Positions 39,914 to 49,053 of a DNA stretch of 64,000 nucleotides are shown piece after piece. This stretch comes from a virus: the IMG/VR virus record IMGVR_UViG_3300045988_177552, positions 98,231-162,230 of that record; one strand, written 5' to 3'. The position numbers and the translations under genes were made by a program. Each line of letters starts with the position of its first letter. Position 1 is the stretch's first letter. The notes under the pieces were generated by a model. The model saw only the letters and a list, made by a program, of their open reading frames with translations. It made no database searches and was not told where the DNA came from.

Positions 39914-40267
39914 TTAATGTTTGTAACTATTGTTGTTAAACTCGCGACGCTGATCACGACGATCTTCACGACGCTCAAAGTTGTTGCGCTGTGCAGGCTG
40001 TTGTTCACGCTGAGGCTGCTGATAAATGCAACCAGTCATCTCCTGCGGCTGTTCGCGCACTACTGTTGTTGTATCACTCTTGGTAAAGAGTCCCTTGACC
40101 CAATTACCGCATGACTTAGTCCCACTTACGACTTTGTCGCGGGAACCCCACTTGTTTGTTGCCAGTACATAAGTTCCACCGGCTACTACTGCTCCGAATC
40201 CTATCCATTTAAGGACGGTCTTCACTTTACTACCCTTCTTAGGGGCTTCGTTATTGTTATTGTTCAT
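39914..40267 (-). CDS. small membrane protein, Q/R/E-rich tail
   Basis: 117 aa, one TM helix, elevated GC, promoter motif upstream. Confidence 0.35.
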   Translation of the reverse strand: MNNNNNEAPKKGSKVKTVLKWIGFGAVVAGGTYVLATNKWGSRDKVVSGTKSCGNWVKGLFTKSDTTTVVREQPQEMTGCIYQQPQREQQPAQRNNFERREDRRDQRREFNNNSYKH

Positions 40268-40339
40268 ACCAATAAAATGTTTTAAAAAAGTTTATAATTT
40301 TGTTTATTATTTTCTCATATATAAGGTTTTCACGCCTTC

Positions 40340-40789
40340 CTAGACGGTCGTTTTTCTTTTCCGAATTTTCTTCAATTCTTGGGCCTTTTTCTCGCATTTT
40401 CTGATCTCTAACGACAATAAAGCCACCTCTCTATCCTTTTCTGGCAAGATTTCTATACATCCTCGATCATTGATAAACTTTAAGTCATCAATAGTATACT
40501 CCGGAGTCCTATACATAAATCTCATTTCAGGATTCATAGAGGGATGAACGAAGCTGAACCTAACCGTCTGCATCTCCTTATCAACTTCAGTCCATATATC
40601 CAACTTGTTCTCCAGGATTGATAGGGTTGATAAGGTCTTCTTTTTCTTAGAAGAATCTTTTATTCCAGATACAACGAACTCTTTCCAAAATTCATGGCTC
40701 CTTAACCATCTAAAAATTGCCATGTTGTTCTTTGTCTTCTCTTCTTCGAATAATTTCTTCAAGACTACGTATTCTTTCCGTCTTTTCAT
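40340..40789 (-). CDS. hypothetical protein
   Basis: 149 aa. Confidence 0.35.
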   Translation of the reverse strand: MKRRKEYVVLKKLFEEEKTKNNMAIFRWLRSHEFWKEFVVSGIKDSSKKKKTLSTLSILENKLDIWTEVDKEMQTVRFSFVHPSMNPEMRFMYRTPEYTIDDLKFINDRGCIEILPEKDREVALLSLEIRKCEKKAQELKKIRKRKTTV

Positions 40790-40847
40790 ATCACATATAA
40801 GGAAAAGAAGTGGCCCCAGGATTTTACTCCCGGGACTCTAATACCTA

Positions 40848-41345
40848 TCATTGTAAGTGAAAGAGGAGGTTCGTTACATCCCCTAGGTCACTGTTTATGA
40901 TAGTCTTCTTTTCAACTTTCTTAATGGCACCTGTTCCTGGCTCTATATATTCAGAACCAGCCAAGAGATACTCCTTAGGTTGAATAGTGCATGTCTCCTG
41001 TGCTCTGTCGGTTACCTCCTTAAGCTTTGTCAACCAATACTTCGACCACTCCGACCTACCCTCTGAAGGATTATATGGAGGATTGAAAATACCATCCTTA
41101 GGCCTAGGACACTCTACCCTAACCGTAATATCTTCATCATCAATGGAAGTAACAGTGACCTCCCAATAGATATAGTTCTTATCTCTCTTACATGTACTAG
41201 TGGGACTTAGTAATTCATCCCAAATATTTTCAATAAGTGCGACCGTATTACTGCTTGTCACACCACCAGGACCTACCAGTGTCTGATCCTGTAACAAAGA
41301 ATCGCCTGAAATCCAAGCCTGTCCTTTTATAATCTTCGTATTCAT
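40848..41345 (-). CDS. hypothetical protein
   Basis: 165 aa. Confidence 0.35.
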   Translation of the reverse strand: MNTKIIKGQAWISGDSLLQDQTLVGPGGVTSSNTVALIENIWDELLSPTSTCKRDKNYIYWEVTVTSIDDEDITVRVECPRPKDGIFNPPYNPSEGRSEWSKYWLTKLKEVTDRAQETCTIQPKEYLLAGSEYIEPGTGAIKKVEKKTIINSDLGDVTNLLFHLQ

Positions 41346-41406
41346 ATCAATATTAATAAAAAGACATGCTCAGAATGAACATGCCCTTTAAAGTTAGTTT
41401 TAATTC

Positions 41407-42459
41407 TTAATTCGTCTCCGCTGATCCTGAAGCCTTCATAATAAGATCCTCAGTAATCAACAGGTAGGAGATACTATTATAATATTCACTACTATCGTTC
41501 GGAGTTATAATAAAGCTGAGAGGGAAATGTTTCTCAATCTCCTTGCAGAATGTCTCGTCCCCTAGGAGTTTCTTGAAAAGATATGCTCCACCTCCAAGCA
41601 TGACAAGATTATTGGCAGCATCAAGGAACTCTCCATATCTCTCTTCAATTAAGTTCAAGACATTAACGAAATATCTCTTAGTAAACTGATTAACTACCTC
41701 TGAGAGATTAACTTCACGTCCCCTACGCCTGAGAATTCCAGTATCTACAACGGTCTGAGCTTCCTTAATTGAAATTCTATACTCGAAATTCTTGTAGATA
41801 TAATCTGACATATCTCTAGCGATTACGATAATTCCTGTGTCGGGAAGTCCTATCGTAGCACCAACAGAAGACTTCCTATTAATCACAGAACAAAGATCAA
41901 CGGTGAGATAACCAATGTCTGCGATTACATAGGAGTCGAAATCATTAACCTTCGTTGCATTAGCTGCATTTTCCCTAATATTTGCTCCAAACTTCTGAAG
42001 TGTATACCTACTTGACATAGCCTGAGGAAGACATACGAAGAACTGAGAATCTGGAGAAATCATCAAGGCGTCGTATAAGGTCTGAAGGAGTAGATCTGCT
42101 TTCTTAACAAATGCAAAACTAAGTCCAATAGCTACCTTATCAAACTTTATATGTTCCAACTTCTTCAACATATAACTAACCCAAGCAGGATAAACAGCCA
42201 ACATATCCTCGAATGTCTCTAGGGGAAGGAGATAACTACGGGCCGTCCTAAGAGCAGAAGGACCGAGGAGGAACCAGTCTGCACCAAGTCTGAAAGTCTC
42301 ATCATTATCTGCTGTTGTTGGAGGTTCTGGAAGTTTGGCAGCAGCTGAAATAATCTTATCGCTAACCATCTTTCCATTCTCATCAATGTAAGTATACTTT
42401 AGTGCTGAATAACCAAGATCCAGCGCTAGAATTTTAGCTCTTTTTTCCATAACGTTCAA
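41407..42459 (-). CDS. actin-like ATPase (ParM/Alp family)
   Basis: phosphate-1 ILALDLGYSALK, phosphate-2 IADIGYLTVDL, adenosine LMLGGGAYLF. Confidence 0.6.
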   Translation of the reverse strand: MNVMEKRAKILALDLGYSALKYTYIDENGKMVSDKIISAAAKLPEPPTTADNDETFRLGADWFLLGPSALRTARSYLLPLETFEDMLAVYPAWVSYMLKKLEHIKFDKVAIGLSFAFVKKADLLLQTLYDALMISPDSQFFVCLPQAMSSRYTLQKFGANIRENAANATKVNDFDSYVIADIGYLTVDLCSVINRKSSVGATIGLPDTGIIVIARDMSDYIYKNFEYRISIKEAQTVVDTGILRRRGREVNLSEVVNQFTKRYFVNVLNLIEERYGEFLDAANNLVMLGGGAYLFKKLLGDETFCKEIEKHFPLSFIITPNDSSEYYNSISYLLITEDLIMKASGSAETN

Positions 42460-42778
42460 TAATTTCTTTATAAGTCTCTATAATTTTCTTTTCCACTTTC
42501 CACGCAATAAAGTCTCCAATCAAGCTTTCCAGGTAAGAATAGCCAACATGAGGATAAAGCATAGTATAGCCTGATGTAATTATTCCAACACCATAATCGT
42601 CCTCACTTCCCAGGTTCTTTACCACTACAGCTTGGAGTAGACCTGACTTTGCTGTTCCTAACTCTTTGTATAAGAATAACGGAAAACCACTTAAGAGAGA
42701 ACTATGAAGGCTACAATAAATCTCCTCCGCAGCTCTATCTACGCTCGGCCATCCATAACAATAACTATCTGATTGCAT
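42434..42778 (-). CDS. hypothetical protein
   Basis: 114 aa. Confidence 0.3.
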   Translation of the reverse strand: MQSDSYCYGWPSVDRAAEEIYCSLHSSLLSGFPLFLYKELGTAKSGLLQAVVVKNLGSEDDYGVGIITSGYTMLYPHVGYSYLESLIGDFIAWKVEKKIIETYKEIIERYGKKS

Positions 42779-43145
42779 AAAATAGGATATAATAATAATC
42801 GTCTAATGAACATTCTACTTCCTGAATTCCGAATCCCTTCAAACCATGACCACTAAGATCATCGCATAGAAATTCATAGAGCTGAAACATAACAAAGGAT
42901 AAGTACCTAGGGCACTCTTCAATTTTCTTGATGCCGATAAGGATATCATACTCGGTCCAATGATCCAAGTCTCCCTTAACATCTCTACTCTGAAGAAATA
43001 CCAAGTCTCCAGTTCCTCTTAAGCCCTTGTTATAATCATACTCCAAGAGAAATTCAGTGAAGTCATCTTTTACCTGTAGTCTTTTCCTGCCCTTCATAGA
43101 TAAGAGCCTGGATATATTATGACTACTTATTCCCTGTGTGTCCAT
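42765..43145 (-). CDS. hypothetical protein (start trimmed to internal Met to avoid a 200-nt overlap with dut)
   Basis: ORF track 42765..43319; Met at 43145 gives a 23-nt overlap instead. Confidence 0.3.
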   Translation of the reverse strand: MDTQGISSHNISRLLSMKGRKRLQVKDDFTEFLLEYDYNKGLRGTGDLVFLQSRDVKGDLDHWTEYDILIGIKKIEECPRYLSFVMFQLYEFLCDDLSGHGLKGFGIQEVECSLDDYYYILFYAIR

Positions 43146-43581
43146 AGCCGCCTTCTCCTCTATCGGTATTCGTGTCAATCGTCTCTTTCGGTTCCCACAC
43201 AATCTTAGGAACCTTCTGAAGTACAAACTGTGCAATCCTCTCTCCAGGTTCGATAACTTGACTCTCCTTACCCGTATTGAAGATAATGACACCGATCTCA
43301 TTTCTATATCCGGAATCAATTGTCCCCGGAGTATTAAGTACAGTAAGGCCTTTCTTCAGAGCATTTCCACTCCTTGGCCTAACCTGAATTTCATACCCCA
43401 TCGGAAGCTCTACATAAAGTCCAGTCGGTATCAAGACCCTTTCGAAAGGACCCACTACAACAGGACTTCCCAAGCTAGCCCTAACATCCATTCCTGAATC
43501 TCCCTCTTTAGCATAAACGGGGAGGTCGTTGGATGACTTATTAAGGACACCTACTTTTACAATCTCTTCTTGAATTTCCAT
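43123..43581 (-). CDS. dut: dUTP diphosphatase
   Basis: all dUTPase motifs incl. AKEGDSGMD, RSG, GTIDSGYRNEI, C-terminal GGYGHTG. Confidence 0.85.
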   Translation of the reverse strand: MEIQEEIVKVGVLNKSSNDLPVYAKEGDSGMDVRASLGSPVVVGPFERVLIPTGLYVELPMGYEIQVRPRSGNALKKGLTVLNTPGTIDSGYRNEIGVIIFNTGKESQVIEPGERIAQFVLQKVPKIVWEPKETIDTNTDRGEGGYGHTGNK

Positions 43582-44024
43582 TTTGTTATTAATTTAAACC
43601 ACCATGAATTACTAGAAACAAATCTCACTCGTCCCACTAGAGATAGGCCCTTCTGAAACTCCTTCAGGTCAATAGCATATAAGTCAAAGCCATAATTCTC
43701 AGGACTTACGATAAAACCTCTATCTTCCAAGACCCTAGAATCATATATAGACTCACTTAAGGTTGTCATGAGATATTTATAATCTTCAGCCAGGAGATAT
43801 GAACAATTCTCCTTTCCTGCTAAGTCTTCCAGGCCAAGGCTATAGTAGATAGGGAGTCTAAGCCTAACCATAGTACCTTTATGTTCGAATACTAAGGGAG
43901 ACTCAATTCCATCCCTATCAAACCATACCCTAATAGGCGCTGGATTCTCTGCTTGTGCTACTGCCTTACTAAACTCCGTTAGGTTATTATAAATCTCTAG
44001 GAGGTCAGTCTGCAGAACATTCAT
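43557..44024 (-). CDS. hypothetical protein
   Basis: 155 aa. Confidence 0.35.
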   Translation of the reverse strand: MNVLQTDLLEIYNNLTEFSKAVAQAENPAPIRVWFDRDGIESPLVFEHKGTMVRLRLPIYYSLGLEDLAGKENCSYLLAEDYKYLMTTLSESIYDSRVLEDRGFIVSPENYGFDLYAIDLKEFQKGLSLVGRVRFVSSNSWWFKLITKWKFKKRL

Positions 44025-44677
44025 TATTCACCAAGAGCTAAGAATACCTTTACACCAACCTGCTCCAGGATCTCATAAATCTTAGACGCTGCACCAGGTT
44101 CAATCTTACCCAACAGTTCCTTAGCCTTCTCAAGCTGCTCAACATAGTCCTTCAGCGGGTTCTTAGTATTACCAAACTTTGTGGTATCAAACAGACCACT
44201 TTGCTCAATTGCTTGCTTGAGAACGGTAATTACATCAGCACCTTCACCAGGAACAATCTTGATAGCTGTAGGATAGTCATTCTGAACGAAATTAGTGTCA
44301 ATGATATTCCACTCAGCTACCTCTGCAGGAACACCAGTAGGATTCTCTTCATCATCAGTCACATTCTGGATCTTCACAATGTAACCACTCTTTGCCAACC
44401 AATAATTCAGACTTGCAAAATCCTTAGTTGTCATTGCAGTATCACCATTGATGAAACTAATGATGTCAGGGTTCTTTACAGCCAATTCCAGGGTAGGAAC
44501 ATTAGTACGAAGAAAACCCTTTACAAACTCCATTACTCCAACCCCCAAGGTCTCTTTGTCAAAACGGGTACGATCAACACACTTACCCATTGATACATTC
44601 ACATCACCACCGGCAATTGAATACAAACTTACTTCAATCATTTCTGTTATTAAATTTATTGTTATTACTCGGGTCAT
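44024..44677 (-). CDS. hypothetical protein
   Basis: 217 aa. Confidence 0.35.
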   Translation of the reverse strand: MTRVITINLITEMIEVSLYSIAGGDVNVSMGKCVDRTRFDKETLGVGVMEFVKGFLRTNVPTLELAVKNPDIISFINGDTAMTTKDFASLNYWLAKSGYIVKIQNVTDDEENPTGVPAEVAEWNIIDTNFVQNDYPTAIKIVPGEGADVITVLKQAIEQSGLFDTTKFGNTKNPLKDYVEQLEKAKELLGKIEPGAASKIYEILEQVGVKVFLALGE

Positions 44678-45041
44678 CTATTACTAGGAATATGGCCCAT
44701 AATCTTTCTTCAATGTCTCCTAGTTCAAACATTCTCTGCTCAGAACTAACGAAATCTCCAACCTGAAGGATAGACTCGTAGATATCTGTAAAATCAACTG
44801 GCTTACCTTCCTTGAACTGAATCATTTGATCAATAAGGTAAGAAGTAAATCCAGCACCCCCAAGGTCTCTCTGTTGATCTGAACTCCATTCGGTTACACC
44901 AAAAGAGTATTTCAACATTTCTATAAGGGATGTTATTCTAGCAGAATATTGAAACTTCTCTCTGACATGATCGTACACCAGTTTCATAGTTGGGGTATAC
45001 GTCATGTCATCCTTCGTCCTAATATAATGTTCTTTTTTCAC
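44634..45041 (-). CDS. hypothetical protein
   Basis: 135 aa. Confidence 0.35.
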   Translation of the reverse strand: MKKEHYIRTKDDMTYTPTMKLVYDHVREKFQYSARITSLIEMLKYSFGVTEWSSDQQRDLGGAGFTSYLIDQMIQFKEGKPVDFTDIYESILQVGDFVSSEQRMFELGDIEERLWAIFLVIDDPSNNNKFNNRND

Positions 45042-46536
45042 TTAACGCTATATAAGATGCTTCCCACACAAGTTCTAAGTTCTTTTTCTGAAGGTCTGTA
45101 CTTAAGAATGACTTCAGGTAATCATGATATTCTGCCTTCTTATCATCCTTGACAAGACCAAGGAGGACACTGAGATCTACTCCAGTATTCTCCCACCTAA
45201 ACCTATCAATGACAAGGAAGTTATTAAGATTGAGCTCCTTGGGAATATCGTTAATAGAGTCCAAGTAAGCCCTCATTCTTCCAAGTCTCTTAGTACATAA
45301 GGGATTTCCACACTTCAGGAGGGATGAGTAGATATCAGCCACTCCTAACTTATAACCACACTCACACGTAGGCCACCTGAAATCCCCATTACCTGGACTA
45401 AACACTGATCCAACCATGGGGATAGTACTATTAGCCAGGATAATACCAACTTCAGCACCGGGAGATATATTACTCTTAACAAGTTTTGCAACACTTCCAG
45501 CACTAGGTTTCTTTACAGTACAGCCCTTGATATCGACCGGTTCAATAACGACATTTGCAGACCAAGAATCTTTTCCCTTATCTGTCTGGTCATTCCATTG
45601 GATATCTAGGACTTTCGTTTTAATTGCCTCAGTTCCAGAACCAGCTCCAGCAAACTTCAAAGCTCTCTGACACACTCCAGCCTTATTATAACAAACCCAG
45701 CCATCAGCCAAGAATGTTCCCGTGAGTGTCTTTACGTGGTCGGTCTCTGTAATCTCTTCCGTCAGGCTTCCTAATGTCCAAACCTGTCCTGGAGCAAATG
45801 TTATATGACCATCTGCAGGACTAGTCTTAATCTGAAGTGCCCTGATCAATTCATCATAGGGTTTCTGCATGAGAAGTTTTCCAAAGTAATTATCTTCATC
45901 GATAAAATACCTGAAAACCCGGAGAGTCAAGAGATCCAAGACTTCATTATCCATGTTCTTAGAGTTCACGAGACCGTTTGCCTTCTGCCTTGCTTTCTCT
46001 GGGTTAATATCATTTAATCTATTAATATCCACCAAGGCCTCACACTGAAGAGCCTTTATACCAAGAGGAAAACTGGCAGGAAGAAGCTTGTGTATTTTCC
46101 AAGTCTGGTCAACACCCATAGAGCCGATATTAGTATTCCCCACCGTAACAGCATTAAGAAGTCGACCTGTGGATGGATTGATGTAGAGGGCTATAGAGCT
46201 GCCATCATACTTAGGCATCCAGAATAAGTCCTCAGGTGCAACTCCTAATTCCTTAGCAGTTTGTCCCATGGCCTGAAGCATAGTAGAATCAGGACTAACT
46301 TTGAACTTGGTAATCTTTTCAATGTAAGGAGCATTCTGTCTCTTCTTTCCTTTAGTCCACGTCCTCATAACGTAGTCCCTAACGAAGAAACCATCCTCCT
46401 TGGCGGCTTGAATTTCATACTTATCGAAAACTTCATCTGTCATGCCTGTTGGAATATTATCTATCCAATAGGCCTTTCCCGCATTAATCAGGAATTCCCA
46501 TTTCTTGAGAACATTATCATTCATATTTCTTATCAA
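45019..46536 (-). CDS. NAD-dependent DNA ligase-like protein
   Basis: Ia-domain-like AYWIDNIPTGMTDEVFDKY, KxDG adenylation motif (MPKYDGSS), C-terminal Cys4 zinc finger. Confidence 0.5.
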   Translation of the reverse strand: MIRNMNDNVLKKWEFLINAGKAYWIDNIPTGMTDEVFDKYEIQAAKEDGFFVRDYVMRTWTKGKKRQNAPYIEKITKFKVSPDSTMLQAMGQTAKELGVAPEDLFWMPKYDGSSIALYINPSTGRLLNAVTVGNTNIGSMGVDQTWKIHKLLPASFPLGIKALQCEALVDINRLNDINPEKARQKANGLVNSKNMDNEVLDLLTLRVFRYFIDEDNYFGKLLMQKPYDELIRALQIKTSPADGHITFAPGQVWTLGSLTEEITETDHVKTLTGTFLADGWVCYNKAGVCQRALKFAGAGSGTEAIKTKVLDIQWNDQTDKGKDSWSANVVIEPVDIKGCTVKKPSAGSVAKLVKSNISPGAEVGIILANSTIPMVGSVFSPGNGDFRWPTCECGYKLGVADIYSSLLKCGNPLCTKRLGRMRAYLDSINDIPKELNLNNFLVIDRFRWENTGVDLSVLLGLVKDDKKAEYHDYLKSFLSTDLQKKNLELVWEASYIALSEKRTLY

Positions 46537-46909
46537 GTTTAAGTAAGAGTTTCAAGATAATTCTCTGAACTTCATCAGTAAAGACCTCAATTATATTATC
46601 ATACTCGGGGATAGTCTCTGTTTCCGGTTTTACAGCAACAGTATAATCCTCGTCAGTATCTTCATCTGTTCTATTCATAATAACATAACCTAAAGCCTTA
46701 AGAAATCCTGTCATAGAATCTAAGGTCCATGGCATTCCGAACGGTTTAGGAACAAAGATGAGTTTTGATATCATATCTGCATATTCACACCCTAAGTCAT
46801 CCCCTTCATCTTCCCAATCAGAATCATCGTCAGGGGAAGGCCAAGAGGGAAGACCGCTAATGAGGTTATTAAGGTCACCATCATTATTTCCAAAATTTTT
46901 CTTCTTCAT
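46517..46909 (-). CDS. acidic hypothetical protein
   Basis: 130 aa, D/E-rich. Confidence 0.35.
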   Translation of the reverse strand: MKKKNFGNNDGDLNNLISGLPSWPSPDDDSDWEDEGDDLGCEYADMISKLIFVPKPFGMPWTLDSMTGFLKALGYVIMNRTDEDTDEDYTVAVKPETETIPEYDNIIEVFTDEVQRIILKLLLKLDKKYE

Positions 46910-47016
46910 ATAAATAAATTTTATGTGTTATTATACATTGATAAGGATTATAGTTCCTCTGAAGCGCAAAAAAGAGAATTCCTCCCCGATATTATTCAGG
47001 AAGGAAAACTCAAATG

Positions 47017-48642
47017 TTATTCCTCTTTAGTAGCAACCTTTGGCTCACAGGTAATCGTACAGTCAATAAGCAAGATCATTGAGGCTGCACTGATACTATT
47101 CTCCAAGCTTACACGAAGGGCCTTTGATGAATCCAAGACACCTGACTCAATAAGATCCTCGAACTTCTTTGTCTTAGCATTGAATCCATAACCAGGCCTA
47201 TTCTCCTTGGATGCTATATCAAGTACAACATCCCCTGAGACTCCAGAATTCTCAGCAATAGTCTTCATGATGATGGGGAGTGATTTCTGAACAATCTTTA
47301 TACCCTCTTTCTCATCCTCCGTACAACCTTCCCAAAGCGTCTTATCAAGATCCATAGACTTTGAAGCTTGGTAGAAGATATAACCACCACCAGGAGCACA
47401 TCCCTCTTCAATAGCGGCCCTAGCAGCAAGGATAGCATCTTCAATCGTAGCTTTCCTATTCGCTGTCTCTGCCTCTGATGCACCACCAGCCTTAATTACA
47501 GCTATACCACCAGTCAAGTTGGCAACTCTCTTCTCAAACTTCGTCTTATCATAATCTGAAGTCTGAGGGTCAACAAGTCGCTTCTTGAGAATTTCAGCCC
47601 TCTCATTGATTTCGCTCGGATTTCCTGCACCCTCATAGATGATACAAGAATCCCTTCCAACAACGACCTTCCTAGCCTGACCAAGATCTGACAGGGAAGC
47701 TTGGATAACTGAAACTCCATTTTCCTGACAAATATGAGTACCCCCAACTACAATAGAAATATCCTCCATTGTATTCTTCCTGTTGTCTCCATAATCGATA
47801 CCCTTCACTACACAGCACCGAATAGCACCACGTAGGGTATTGAAAACGAACATCGCATTGACAGTCTCATCCATGTCATCACAGATAATAAGGAGAGGAC
47901 GACCTTGTGAATTTCCCTGATAATCCTCCAAGAGATTCATAAGTTGAGCAACAGATGAAATTCTCTCTGAGGCAACCAGGATATAAGGATTCTCAAGAAC
48001 ACACTTTCCTTCCTCCGGTGATGTGACATATTGAGGACTAGCCCATCCACGATCCAGTTTCATACCGGTCGTGATGTCAATGGTTGTATCAAGTCCTGCA
48101 CTTCCTTCAGCGGTGACAAGAGAATTAATGCCTACCTCCTTGAAAGCCTGCATAACCAAGTTTCCAACCTCAGGATCATTGTTCGCTGAAATAGTAGCAA
48201 CCTTCCTGATTTTCTCAAGATCAGAACCAACCTCGATACTGTTAGCCTTGATATACTCGGTCATCCACTTTCCAGCTTTCAACATACCTGACTTGAGTTC
48301 ATTGACATTAGCTCCAACACTGACCGCCTTCTGTCCTTTCTTACAGAACTCCCTGATTAAGAGAGATGTAGAGGAAGTTGCATCACCAGCCTTATCCTCA
48401 GTCATTGATGCTGCCTTCTTAACAAGCTCTGCACCAATATTTTCCTCTGGATCACTGAATTTGACGGACTTTGCAATAGTGGCTCCATCTCTTGTAATCT
48501 GGACACCAAAACCATCATCCTCAATGGCAATACCCCTACCTGCAGGACCCATAGAAAGCTTAATCGCATCTACAATTTTGTCTACACCAGCAATAACCTT
48601 AGCCTGTGTAGAATCACCAAGCTTAATTACCTTGTTTTCCAT
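47017..48642 (-). CDS. groL: chaperonin GroEL (Cpn60)
   Basis: 541 aa; GPAGRG-type N-terminal block, ATP-binding segments, typical length; directly downstream of groES. Confidence 0.85.
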   Translation of the reverse strand: MENKVIKLGDSTQAKVIAGVDKIVDAIKLSMGPAGRGIAIEDDGFGVQITRDGATIAKSVKFSDPEENIGAELVKKAASMTEDKAGDATSSTSLLIREFCKKGQKAVSVGANVNELKSGMLKAGKWMTEYIKANSIEVGSDLEKIRKVATISANNDPEVGNLVMQAFKEVGINSLVTAEGSAGLDTTIDITTGMKLDRGWASPQYVTSPEEGKCVLENPYILVASERISSVAQLMNLLEDYQGNSQGRPLLIICDDMDETVNAMFVFNTLRGAIRCCVVKGIDYGDNRKNTMEDISIVVGGTHICQENGVSVIQASLSDLGQARKVVVGRDSCIIYEGAGNPSEINERAEILKKRLVDPQTSDYDKTKFEKRVANLTGGIAVIKAGGASEAETANRKATIEDAILAARAAIEEGCAPGGGYIFYQASKSMDLDKTLWEGCTEDEKEGIKIVQKSLPIIMKTIAENSGVSGDVVLDIASKENRPGYGFNAKTKKFEDLIESGVLDSSKALRVSLENSISAASMILLIDCTITCEPKVATKEE

Positions 48643-48656
48643 TTTCTTTTCTTAAA

Positions 48657-48917
48657 TTAAAGTACTACTAAGATATCAGATACTGAGATAACACGGAAAG
48701 AATCTCCTTCGAATGTAAACTGATGACCTGGATTGACATAAGTAGCCAAGAGATCTCCCTCTACTACCCCCTCAACCTTCGGACCTACAGAAATAACCCT
48801 ATAAGTCTCATACTCACCAGCACCAGCAGGAACTTCAAATCCGCCTAACCTCTCAGTAAGTTTTGAATCTTTTTGATCTTCTTTCTTTACCAAGATCTTT
48901 GAATCAATTGCTTTCAT
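48657..48917 (-). CDS. groS: co-chaperonin GroES (Cpn10)
   Basis: MKAIDSKILVKK...GEYETYRVISVGPKVEG; ORF-track start 48974 over-extends into the promoter motif. Confidence 0.75.
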   Translation of the reverse strand: MKAIDSKILVKKEDQKDSKLTERLGGFEVPAGAGEYETYRVISVGPKVEGVVEGDLLATYVNPGHQFTFEGDSFRVISVSDILVVL

Positions 48918-48956
48918 AATTTCTTTTTTATCAAAAATTAATAATTGAGTTAATAT

Positions 48957-48997
48957 CATTAATAGGGATTTCACGGCTTCTGGAGTGCGTTTTTGTC
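48957..48997 (-). promoter_or_regulatory. two-part promoter-like motif upstream of groES-groEL
   Basis: cattaatagggatttcacggcttctggagtgcgtttttgtc. Confidence 0.45.
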
Positions 48998-49053
48998 ATC
49001 AAACCCTCATATATGATGATAAAATTAATCATAACAGGTAAAAAGTAATAAGT

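Noticed and set aside
43146-43319. Upstream extension of ORF 42765..43319 overlapping dut by about 200 nt
   Set aside because: dut is strongly supported in that region. The extension was replaced by the internal Met start at 43145.
48918-48974. N-terminal 19-aa extension of GroES in the ORF track
   Set aside because: The extension would translate the promoter motif. GroES homologs begin at the MKAID Met, so the gene was trimmed to 48657..48917.
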